This document shows positions 1 to 6,829 of a DNA stretch of 39,133 nt, piece after piece. Position 1 is the first letter of the stretch. Each line of letters starts with the position of its first letter. The position numbers were made by a program, and so were the translations under genes. Source of the stretch: Enterobacter phage phiEap-1; the sequence record KT321314.1. The stretch is one strand, 5' to 3'. The notes below the pieces were generated by a model. The model did no database searches. It saw nothing but the letters and a program-made list of their open reading frames with translations, and was not told where the DNA came from.

Positions 1-195
1 TATCTCATAGTTTAACTGAACGTAACTCCCCCCGGTACCCCCATTAGTCCACCCTAAGAGAGGGTACCCCTGTGGATAACTTAAGGATACCTGTGGATAA
101 CTTTAGGTGTTCCTGTGGATAACCTAAGGTGTTAGGGCTATCTTGTGGATAACTTGAGGTGAACCTGTGGATAACTATTGGTGCCTATGTGTTCC
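1..195. repeat. Left direct terminal repeat (DTR); identical copy at 38939-39133
   Basis: Bases 1-195 are exactly repeated at the right end of the window (38939-39133). The window edges coincide with the repeat edges, as in a complete T7-type genome with terminal redundancy. The true repeat length could be longer if the window truncates it. Confidence 0.9.
71..175 (+). repeat. Array of five direct repeats with core TGTGGATAAC inside the terminal repeat (starts 71, 92, 114, 144, 166), each followed by a T7-SRL-like [ct]t[at]agg element
   Basis: Seen directly: cctgtggataacttaagg / cctgtggataactttagg / cctgtggataacctaagg / cttgtggataacttgagg / cctgtggataactattgg, at 21-30 bp spacing. The same array sits in the right DTR (39009-39113). 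It is analogous in position to the short-repeat arrays of the T7 terminal repetition. Confidence 0.85.
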
Positions 196-235
196 TATCT
201 GTTAGTCACTCTCAAGGTATCACCTGAGGTAACCA

Positions 236-258
236 CTCAAGGACTCACTATAGGACTC
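236..258 (+). promoter_or_regulatory. Weak or degenerate phage-RNAP promoter-like element (phiOL-like position)
   Basis: aaggactcactataggactcac contains the CTCACTATAGG core. It diverges from the genome consensus at the -17 to -9 specificity region. Confidence 0.2.
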
Positions 259-574
259 ACCATTAGTGACCATTTGTAGCGCTATCTATTAGTCTACCGA
301 CAGAAGACCATTAGTAGACCATTAGATGACACGTGGCTATTGTCATAGCGTTGTCTCGACCTGTGGTTACTATCGTTTAGCAGTGACTGACAGTAGGTCA
401 CAAAGGGTAAACACTTCTACTCTCGTTTAGCAGTCTCGGAGAGTGAGGAGACATAAGGAATAACAGGTGAGCCATTACTATAGGTATTATCCTTATGCCT
501 TGTCAATAGTCTTTATCATCATTGATTGATGGTCATCACATACTTAGAGGTCACTTAAAGATAATCATAAATTA

Positions 575-625
575 ATTTAAAATAAGTGTTGACAAGGGTA
601 TCGACCGTAGATATTATAGCTCTCG
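575..625 (+). promoter_or_regulatory. Strong sigma70-type early promoter (T7 A1 analogue) with an AT-rich UP-like element
   Basis: TTGACA at 589-594, a 17-bp spacer, and TATTAT at 612-617, preceded by attaatttaaaataagtg. It points into the early genes and gene 1. Confidence 0.65.
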
Positions 626-665
626 TTCCAGCAACAACGCTACTACGGTAGCAACGGAACACGAG
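622..665 (+). promoter_or_regulatory. 5' leader stem-loop of the early transcript (possible RNase III site, R0.3-like position)
   Basis: ctcgttcc...ggaacacgag outer stem with an inner gctac-tacg-gtagc hairpin and an internal loop, immediately downstream of the predicted start site of the 575-625 promoter. Confidence 0.25.
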
Positions 666-712
666 GAGGAGGCGCAACGGTCGATTTAAGGGCAACAAAG
701 TAGGAATATTCT

Positions 713-892
713 ATGTCGCAACGCATTGACAACCGCGTGTACCGAGATAAGCATGGATTCATTATCGCGTACATCATAAAGGACGACTGCTACGTATACG
801 CAGACACTTGCGAGACGCTAGCGTATTACCCGAGCGCAAACACTCTGAAGACGTGGAAGCACGTAGGCAATAACCTGAAGTTCACCGATTGA
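713..892 (+). CDS. Hypothetical 59-aa early protein (MSQRIDNRVYRDKHGFIIAYIIKDDCYVYADTCETLAYYPSANTLKTWKHVGNNLKFTD)
   Basis: ATG at 713 with AGGA 6 nt upstream. It is below the 60-aa cutoff of the ORF track. It is the first ORF downstream of the early promoter. Confidence 0.3.
   Translation: MSQRIDNRVYRDKHGFIIAYIIKDDCYVYADTCETLAYYPSANTLKTWKHVGNNLKFTD
726..753 (+). promoter_or_regulatory. Possible second sigma70 promoter (T7 A2/A3-like GTTGACAAC -35 element)
   Basis: cattgacaac matches the T7 A2/A3 -35 context. The -10 candidate is TAAGCA with a 16-bp spacer, which is weak. Confidence 0.25.
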
Positions 893-914
893 TTAACATT
901 AAGGACACACCGCG

Positions 915-1154
915 ATGAAACGTACCACAACTCTCAACCTCACCACCAATTCTAAAGGCCTCCTGAAGGCACTGAGTGTGCCACTTGCAGAGCTTGAAGA
1001 GCGCATGCAGGCCAACTTTGTGAGGCTGGCACAGCTTGGCTACGAGCTCACAGAGATACACCAAGACGCTTTCCACTGGAGCAGGTCTGAAGGCTTACCC
1101 GTGGCTAACCGCGAGGAACTCATTAAGAATGCAATGGTCGTTTACGGCGACTAA
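915..1154 (+). CDS. Hypothetical 79-aa early protein (class I region, upstream of the RNAP gene)
   Basis: ORF with AAGGA 9 nt upstream. It occupies the position where T7 encodes 0.3-0.7. No recognised similarity. Confidence 0.55.
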   Translation: MKRTTTLNLTTNSKGLLKALSVPLAELEERMQANFVRLAQLGYELTEIHQDAFHWSRSEGLPVANREELIKNAMVVYGD

Positions 1155-1183
1155 TCACCACCACCACTTTAAGGAATCACAAT

Positions 1184-3865
1184 ATGTCTCTTATGAACTC
1201 CATCGAACGTAATGACTTCAGTGACATCGAGCTGGCTGCAATCCCTTACAACATCCTCAGCGAGCACTACGGGGCGTCCCTTGCGAAAGAGCAATTAGCG
1301 CTTGAGCATGAGGCCTACGAGCTGGGCGAACAGCGTTTCCTGAAGACCTTCGAACGCCAGATGAATAACGGTGAACTGGCTGACAACGCAGCGGCGAAAC
1401 CTTTGGTGCTCACTCTTCTACCGCGCTTAGTGTCTCGCATCAACCAATGGCGTCACGAGCAGGTCTACAAGTTGAACGATAAGGGCGAGGAAGTCTTGCG
1501 CGGTGGTAAGAAGACCATCATGTTCAATCTGACCGCAACGCTCACCGCTGAGGCAGTAGCACTGGCAACCATCAAGACTGTACTGGCGTCTCTGACGTCA
1601 ACCAATGCGGTCACCATTCAGGAAGCTGGCAGTGCCATTGGACGCGCTATCGAAGATGAGGCACGTTTTGGGCGCATCCGAGACCTCGAAGAGAAGCACT
1701 TTAAGAAAAACGTCAAGGAACAGTTAGAGAAGCGCGTGGGTACCGTGTACAAAAAGGCATTCATGCAAGTGATCGAGGCGGACATGCTGAGTAAGGGACT
1801 AATGGGCGGTCAGGCGTGGGCCTCATGGTCCAAAGAAGACTCCATTCACGTTGGCATACGCTGCATTGAGTTACTTATCGAGGCAACCGGAATGGTCGAG
1901 GTGGTCCGCCACGGTGCAGGCATCGCTAAGTTGGATTCTGAGAACCTCCAGTTAACCAAAGAGTACGCCGACCTGATTACCAAACGTGCCGGAGCGCTGG
2001 CGGGTATCAGCCCAATGTTCCAACCTTGTGTAGTCCCTCCGAAACCTTGGACGGAAATCACTGGTGGTGGCTATTGGGCTAACGGTCGCCGTCCGCTGGC
2101 ACTGGTGCGTACCCACGGTAAGAAGGCCCTCATGCGCTATCAGGACGTTTATATGCCTGAGGTGTACAAGGCCATCAACATTGCACAGTCAACGCCGTGG
2201 AAGATTAACCAGAAGGTACTGAAGGTAGCAAACGAGATTGTGAACTGGAAGAACTGCCCGGTCGAGGACGTCCCGGCAACCGAGCGTAAGGAACTCCCGG
2301 TCAAACCTGATGACATCGACACGAACCCTGAAGCACTGAAGGCGTGGAAGAAAGCCGCATCGACCATCTACCGCAACGATAAGGCACGAGTGTCTCGTCG
2401 AATCTCAATGGAGTTCATGCTGGCCCAAGCCAATAAGTTTGCCAACAAGAAAGCCATTTGGTTCCCGTACAACATGGACTGGCGTGGACGTGTATACGCT
2501 GTCCCGATGTTCAACCCTCAGGGCAATGACCTCACTAAAGGACTCCTGACGCTTGCTAAAGGTAAGCCGATTGGTCTCGACGGTCTGTACTGGCTGAAGA
2601 TTCACGGTGCCAACTGTGCAGGTGTCGATAAGGTCCCATTCCCTGAGCGCATCAAGTTCATCGAAGAGAACCACGACAACATTATGCAGTCTGCCGCAAA
2701 TCCTATTGAGTTCGATTGGTGGGCTAAGCAAGATTCACCGTTCTGCTTCTTAGCGTTCTGCTTTGAGTATGCAGGCGTTGAGCATCACGGTTTGAACTAC
2801 AACTGCTCTCTGCCGCTGGCGTTCGACGGGTCTTGCTCGGGCATTCAACACTTCTCTGCGATGCTTCGTGATGAGATTGGTGGACGCGCGGTCAACCTGT
2901 TGCCGTCTACCGAAGTGCAAGACATCTACCGCATCGTTGCCGATAAGGTCAACGAGATTCTTAAAGTGGACGCTGTGAACGGTACCGCTAACGAGGTGGA
3001 ACTGATTACCGATAAGACCACTGGCGAAATCAAAGAGCGCCTGAAGGTTGGCACCTCAGTGATGGCTCAAGAGTGGTTGGCTTTCGGGGTCACTCGTAAG
3101 GTCACTAAACGTTCCGTAATGACGCTGGCCTATGGGTCCAAGGAGTTTGGATTTCGTCAGCAAATCCTTGACGACACTGTGCAGCCTGCAATCGACAACG
3201 GTTACACCGGGTTCACTAACGGCAACCAATCGGCTGGCTACATGGCTAAGCTGATTTGGAATGCTGTGAGTGTAACCGTGGTAGCTGCTGTGGAAGCGAT
3301 GAACTGGCTTAAGAGCGCCGCTAAGCTGTTAGCCGCTGAAGTTAAGGATAAGAAGACCAAAGAGGTCCTACGCGCTCGCTGTGCGGTACATTGGGTAACT
3401 CCTGATGGGTTCCCGGTATGGCAAGAGTATCGTAAGTCTAAGCAAGTGCGTCTTGACTTGATTTTCCTTGGAAGTATCCGCCTGCAACCTACGGTAAACA
3501 CCAACAAGGACACCGGAATTGACGCTCACAAGCAAGAGTCCGGCATCGCTCCTAACTTTGTCCACTCACAGGATGGCAACCACTTAAGGGCGACCGTAGT
3601 ACACGCTCACGAGAAGTACGGTATCGAGTCCTTTGCACTCATCCACGACTCCTTTGGGACCATTCCGGCAGACGCCGCGAACCTCTTTAAGGCAGTCCGT
3701 GAGACAATGGTCGAGACCTACGAGTCTAACGATGTACTCGCAGACTTCTACGAGCAGTTCGCAGACCAGCTACACGAGAGCCAACTGGAAGACATGCCAG
3801 CGCTTCCTAAGGCTGGTAATTTGAACCTTCAGGACATCCTTAAGTCTGACTTCGCGTTTGCTTAA
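1184..3865 (+). CDS. 1: Single-subunit T7-type DNA-dependent RNA polymerase (893 aa)
   Basis: Collinear with T7 RNAP as recalled: NDFSDIELAAIP N-terminus, RAGALAGISPMFQPCVVPPKPW, DGSCSGIQHF, SVMTLAYGSKEFGF, FALIHDSFGT, and a C-terminal FAFA. RBS is AAGGA. Confidence 0.98.
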   Translation: MSLMNSIERNDFSDIELAAIPYNILSEHYGASLAKEQLALEHEAYELGEQRFLKTFERQMNNGELADNAAAKPLVLTLLPRLVSRINQWRHEQVYKLNDKGEEVLRGGKKTIMFNLTATLTAEAVALATIKTVLASLTSTNAVTIQEAGSAIGRAIEDEARFGRIRDLEEKHFKKNVKEQLEKRVGTVYKKAFMQVIEADMLSKGLMGGQAWASWSKEDSIHVGIRCIELLIEATGMVEVVRHGAGIAKLDSENLQLTKEYADLITKRAGALAGISPMFQPCVVPPKPWTEITGGGYWANGRRPLALVRTHGKKALMRYQDVYMPEVYKAINIAQSTPWKINQKVLKVANEIVNWKNCPVEDVPATERKELPVKPDDIDTNPEALKAWKKAASTIYRNDKARVSRRISMEFMLAQANKFANKKAIWFPYNMDWRGRVYAVPMFNPQGNDLTKGLLTLAKGKPIGLDGLYWLKIHGANCAGVDKVPFPERIKFIEENHDNIMQSAANPIEFDWWAKQDSPFCFLAFCFEYAGVEHHGLNYNCSLPLAFDGSCSGIQHFSAMLRDEIGGRAVNLLPSTEVQDIYRIVADKVNEILKVDAVNGTANEVELITDKTTGEIKERLKVGTSVMAQEWLAFGVTRKVTKRSVMTLAYGSKEFGFRQQILDDTVQPAIDNGYTGFTNGNQSAGYMAKLIWNAVSVTVVAAVEAMNWLKSAAKLLAAEVKDKKTKEVLRARCAVHWVTPDGFPVWQEYRKSKQVRLDLIFLGSIRLQPTVNTNKDTGIDAHKQESGIAPNFVHSQDGNHLRATVVHAHEKYGIESFALIHDSFGTIPADAANLFKAVRETMVETYESNDVLADFYEQFADQLHESQLEDMPALPKAGNLNLQDILKSDFAFA

Positions 3866-3904
3866 GTAAATCAAGTAGTTACAGGGTGGCGCTCGGTAGC
3901 CGCT

Positions 3905-3928
3905 GAGCAATACCCTCACTACTAGGAG
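3905..3928 (+). promoter_or_regulatory. Phage-RNAP promoter, variant (phi1.1-like position): caataccctcactactaggaga
   Basis: Matches the genome promoter consensus through -5. It diverges at -1 to +3, as class II promoters do in T7. Confidence 0.55.
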
Positions 3929-4024
3929 ACGACACTTAGAGTCCTCTTAAAGAATACTTAAAGTGTTTATTAAAGATTTAAATTAAAGATATTTAACTTA
4001 AAGATAACTTAAAAGGTAAACATT
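3929..4024 (+). other. AT-rich tract with six phased TTAAAG repeats; candidate primary origin of replication
   Basis: TTAAAG at 3947, 3958, 3970, 3983, 3998 and TTAAAAG at 4008, at 10-15 bp spacing, directly downstream of a phage promoter after gene 1. T7 oriP is the AT-rich region after phi1.1A/B at the same map position. Confidence 0.45.
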
Positions 4025-4561
4025 ATGATTATCGCACTTAGCGCTTCACTCGTCTTTGCGGCACTGGCCTTAGCGATGGCTGCAAGTAAACTTAAAGCAC
4101 TTAGAGACGACAATGAGTCTTTCCACCAGCAACTACGCAAGGCCAGTCTCGACCTTACGTACTACAGCAAGTACGCTGAGCGCAAGATTCTTGAGGAGAG
4201 CGACCTACGCGAGAGGCTTAACAGCGCTGAGCGTGACGTCATATCAGTCAATAACGCTAACAGGACGTTAGTCCAACACAACATTGAGTTAGCTTGTCGT
4301 ATCCAAGAGCTCGAAGCGGCTTCCCTTGAGAACTCATCATTATTGCACATTAAGTTCACCGCACGTATGCCGAATGGTGACCTTGAGAAGACCGTATTCA
4401 AACTCGGAGTAGGTCCTTGCGGCCTCACCGTGAAGGCCCTTAAGTGGACCGAGTACGATGACCATTACATCCTCGAGCAGCTCTGCACTAACGGAGAGAT
4501 TAAGCGCTTCAAGTATGACCGAGAAGACGTACTTGGACGCATCGAACAGCGCCTCAAATAG
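4025..4561 (+). CDS. Hypothetical 178-aa protein with an N-terminal hydrophobic signal/anchor and a central coiled-coil region
   Basis: ORF with AAGG RBS. N-terminus is MIIALSASLVFAALALAMAAS. Heptad-like charged region at residues 30-100. It occupies the T7 1.1/1.2 locus but is unrelated in length and sequence. Confidence 0.75.
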   Translation: MIIALSASLVFAALALAMAASKLKALRDDNESFHQQLRKASLDLTYYSKYAERKILEESDLRERLNSAERDVISVNNANRTLVQHNIELACRIQELEAASLENSSLLHIKFTARMPNGDLEKTVFKLGVGPCGLTVKALKWTEYDDHYILEQLCTNGEIKRFKYDREDVLGRIEQRLK

Positions 4562-4584
4562 CAATACCCTCACTATCAGGAACA
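4562..4584 (+). promoter_or_regulatory. Phage-RNAP promoter, variant (phi1.3-like): caataccctcactatcaggaaca
   Basis: Consensus through -1, divergent initiating region. It directly follows the stop codon of the preceding gene. Confidence 0.5.
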
Positions 4585-4590
4585 CATAGC

Positions 4591-4633
4591 GTTAAACTCA
4601 AGGTCATCTACACAGGTGGCCTTCATGATTAAC
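4591..4633 (+). promoter_or_regulatory. RNase III-type processing hairpin (R1.3-like), member of a three-copy family
   Basis: gttaaactcaaggtcatc-tacacag-gtggccttcatgattaac is an imperfect hairpin with an internal bubble. Near-identical elements occur at 11364-11406 and 35976-36019, at the positions of T7 R1.3, R4.7 and R18.5. Confidence 0.5.
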
Positions 4634-4657
4634 ACTAACAACCGGAGATTAAACACT

Positions 4658-5740
4658 ATGCAACCTATTAAGACCAACCCTTACAAGGCAGTTAGTTTCG
4701 TAGAGTCTTCCGTGGAGAAGGCCCTTGAGCGAGCTGGCTACCTAATCGCAGACACTAAGCACGATGGCGTCCGTGGGAATATCGTTGTGGACAACACGGC
4801 GGATTCCATCTGGCTATCACGTGTAGGAAAGACCATCCCGGCCCTTGAGCACCTTAACGGGTTCGATAAGCGCTGGCAGAAGTTACTGCAAGATGACCGT
4901 TGGATTTTCCCGGATGGCTTCATGCTGGATGGTGAACTGATGGTCAAAGGCGTAGACTTCAACACCGGGTCTGGCCTGCTGCGTACCAAGTGGCTTAAGA
5001 CAACCAACATGCAGTTTGATGTCGGCGGCCCGTATGAAGAGTTCTCACCAGAACTTAAAGGTCTCCCATTTGCACTTCACCCGCAGTATCTGAAAGTTGT
5101 CCTTTACGACATCGTTCCGCTTGACGTTATCGAATCTGGTAACGACTACGAGGTGATGACCCTGCTCCGCCTTGAGCACGTTAAGATTATCCTCCCGATT
5201 CTTCGCGAACACTTCCCGGAAATCGAATGGTGCCTCTCTGAGTCTCATGAAGTTTACGACATGACCGAACTCAATGCACTGTACGAATCCAAACGAGCCG
5301 AAGGGCACGAGGGGTTAGTCGTGAAGGACCCTATGGACATCTACAAGCGTGGCAAGAAGACTGGCTGGTGGAAGATGAAGCCTGAGTGTGAGGCTGATGG
5401 TGTCGTTGTGGGTCTCCTGTGGGGAACTTTAGGTCTCGCCAATGAAGGCAAAGTGATTGGCTTTGAGGTTCTCCTTGAGAGTGGTCGAGTGGTCAACGCT
5501 ACGAACATCTCACAGGAACTGATGGATGAGTTCACGGCGGAGGTGAAGCGGAACTCATTGGATGCAACTGGCTTATTCATGCCGTACGGGTTGGGAGACA
5601 ACGCACCGTACAACCACAACCCTTACGAGGGCTGGCAGTGTCAAATCAAGTACATGGAGGAAACTCGAGACGGGTCTTTACGTCACCCATCGTTCGACAA
5701 GTGGCGCGGTACTGAGAGCGACCCTACAGTGAAGATGTAG
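4658..5740 (+). CDS. 1.3: ATP-dependent DNA ligase
   Basis: Collinear with T7 ligase as recalled: KTNP[YF]KAVSFVES, KxDGVRG adenylation motif, GLLRTKW, KRAEGHEGLVVKDP, WWKMKPE. Start placed at ATG 4658 (GGAG upstream, matches the T7 N-terminus) rather than the in-hairpin GTG at 4616. Confidence 0.95.
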   Translation: MQPIKTNPYKAVSFVESSVEKALERAGYLIADTKHDGVRGNIVVDNTADSIWLSRVGKTIPALEHLNGFDKRWQKLLQDDRWIFPDGFMLDGELMVKGVDFNTGSGLLRTKWLKTTNMQFDVGGPYEEFSPELKGLPFALHPQYLKVVLYDIVPLDVIESGNDYEVMTLLRLEHVKIILPILREHFPEIEWCLSESHEVYDMTELNALYESKRAEGHEGLVVKDPMDIYKRGKKTGWWKMKPECEADGVVVGLLWGTLGLANEGKVIGFEVLLESGRVVNATNISQELMDEFTAEVKRNSLDATGLFMPYGLGDNAPYNHNPYEGWQCQIKYMEETRDGSLRHPSFDKWRGTESDPTVKM

Positions 5741-5763
5741 CAATACCCTCACTACTAGGAACA
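5741..5763 (+). promoter_or_regulatory. Phage-RNAP promoter, variant: caataccctcactactaggaaca
   Basis: Same variant class as 3905-3928. It immediately follows the ligase stop codon. Confidence 0.5.
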
Positions 5764-5782
5764 ACCAACCGGAGACAACATT

Positions 5783-5884
5783 ATGATGACCATTAACGTC
5801 ACACTAATCGTTGTCTTCCTGATAGCCGCCTTTGCGTGGACTATTGGGGACGACGATAACACTAACGGACCAAAAGGAGCATAA
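5783..5884 (+). CDS. Hypothetical 33-aa single-pass membrane peptide (MMTINVTLIVVFLIAAFAWTIGDDDNTNGPKGA)
   Basis: ATG 5783 with GGAG 8 nt upstream. Hydrophobic core. Its stop codon lies within the AAGGAG RBS of the next gene. T7 has tiny genes 1.4/1.5 here. Confidence 0.35.
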   Translation: MMTINVTLIVVFLIAAFAWTIGDDDNTNGPKGA

Positions 5885-5887
5885 CGA

Positions 5888-6151
5888 ATGCGCTTACACT
5901 ACAATAAATCTAACGGTATCTTCTCGGTTCGCCGAGCAGACCGAAGCACCATAGCGGCAACTGAGCGAAACGGTAAGTTACCTCGCATGTTCGATACCTT
6001 CGAGCTGGCACCTAGCGTCCACATCATTGTAACCCGCGGTCTCTACGAAGCAGCGACTGAAAAGTCCAGACCTTTCGTACCCGTGGTGGTTACCAAGTGG
6101 CCCAACGTGCGTGGATTCTTTATGCGTCTGAAGGAGATTATCAATGAATAA
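5888..6151 (+). CDS. 1.6: gp1.6 homologue (87 aa)
   Basis: Similar to T7 gp1.6 as recalled (RLHYNKS...VRRADRS...LAPSVHIIVTRG...). Strong AAGGAG RBS. Confidence 0.85.
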   Translation: MRLHYNKSNGIFSVRRADRSTIAATERNGKLPRMFDTFELAPSVHIIVTRGLYEAATEKSRPFVPVVVTKWPNVRGFFMRLKEIINE

Positions 6152-6539
6152 CTCCAAGCCAATACTACTGCATCAAAGCTGGTGCAACACCATTAAGTTC
6201 GGAGGACTGTGTGATTGCGGTAAAGGCAACCTTGTGACCGAAGTTCCACGATGCCCCAATGGGGCCAAAGCTATCCCTGAGGTTTTCGAACCAGCAGACG
6301 ATGGTGTTAAACAGCCCAGCCACTATCAACTGTTCGAAGGTGTAGAGGCTATCGAGGTTATTGCTCGCAGCATGACCAAAGAGATGTTCATGGGGTACTG
6401 CCTCGGGAACATCCTAAAGTACCGCCTACGGGCCGGAAAGAAGTCCGAGCTGGCAACCTTAGAGAAGGACCTAGCGAAGGCTTCGTTCTACTCTGAGCTG
6501 TACGAGAAGCACAAGGCGCTATGCTATGACGCCAAGTGA
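6144..6539 (+). CDS. 1.7: gp1.7 nucleotide kinase homologue, N-terminally shortened (131 aa vs 196 in T7)
   Basis: The C-terminal ~75 aa match T7 gp1.7 closely (KPSHY.LF..IEAIEVIARSMT...GYC.GNILKYRLRAGKKSELA.LEKDLAKA.FY.EL.EKHK). ATGA overlap with the gene 1.6 stop. Confidence 0.88.
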   Translation: MNNSKPILLHQSWCNTIKFGGLCDCGKGNLVTEVPRCPNGAKAIPEVFEPADDGVKQPSHYQLFEGVEAIEVIARSMTKEMFMGYCLGNILKYRLRAGKKSELATLEKDLAKASFYSELYEKHKALCYDAK

Positions 6540-6622
6540 ATGGTGCGAACGTAAATTCGAGGAGACCGGGAACACCGATTACCTCGAAATGTATAACCTT
6601 TGGAAACAGAGAGGCATGTAAC

Positions 6623-6829
6623 GTGAGTAACGAGAAAACCGTAAGAGTCATGGTGTTCACTGATTCAGCCTGTGATATGGCGGACTTTGAGTGGTTATCG
6701 TATCCAGACGGGTCCGTTAAGGTTCACCGGGTGGGTGTTGAGGTATATGAACCATCAATAGTCACACACCGTGAGCTACACAGCCCTTATTTCAAGTTTA
6801 AGGAGTTACGAGATGTCCCAGCAGTTTAA
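6623..6829 (+). CDS. Hypothetical protein (1.8-like position). The maximal ORF runs 6536-6829; start uncertain.
   Basis: Open frame between 1.7 and 2. GTG 6623 has GAGAGG 8 nt upstream; the maximal GTG 6536 has no RBS. It overlaps the gene 2 start by 17 nt. Confidence 0.4.
   Translation: MSNEKTVRVMVFTDSACDMADFEWLSYPDGSVKVHRVGVEVYEPSIVTHRELHSPYFKFKELRDVPAV

Noticed and set aside
61-180. Possible CRISPR-like array (regularly spaced ~10-bp repeats in the terminal repeat)
   Set aside because: The repeats are only 10-11 bp with 10-20 bp spacers, far below CRISPR dimensions, and sit in a phage terminal redundancy. They are interpreted instead as end-processing / DnaA-box-like repeats.
486-520. 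Minus-strand TTGACA plus TATAGT sigma70-like promoter reading toward the left end
   Set aside because: Nothing lies downstream to transcribe except the terminal repeat. It is probably a chance match in an AT-rich region.
3866-3906. Putative R1.1-like RNase III site right after gene 1 (tcaagtagttacagggtggcgc)
   Set aside because: Only partial resemblance to the three-member hairpin family, and no convincing stem could be drawn.
4616-4657. Upstream extensions of several ORF-track entries (ligase 4616, gene 2 at 6771, 1.8-like 6536, lysozyme 8365, 4.3-like 10790/10465, 4.7-like 11417, 5.9-locus 14512, gene 9 at 18874, gene 11 at 21104, Rz 36011)
   Set aside because: The extended starts lack Shine-Dalgarno sequences or lie inside RNase III hairpins or the terminator. 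Downstream in-frame ATG/GTG codons with good RBS spacing coincide with the N-termini of T7 homologues.
5741-5900. Early (host RNAP) terminator TE after the ligase gene, as in T7
   Set aside because: No GC-rich hairpin followed by a T-run was found in this interval. The only convincing intrinsic terminator in the genome is the T-phi-like element at 21097-21134.
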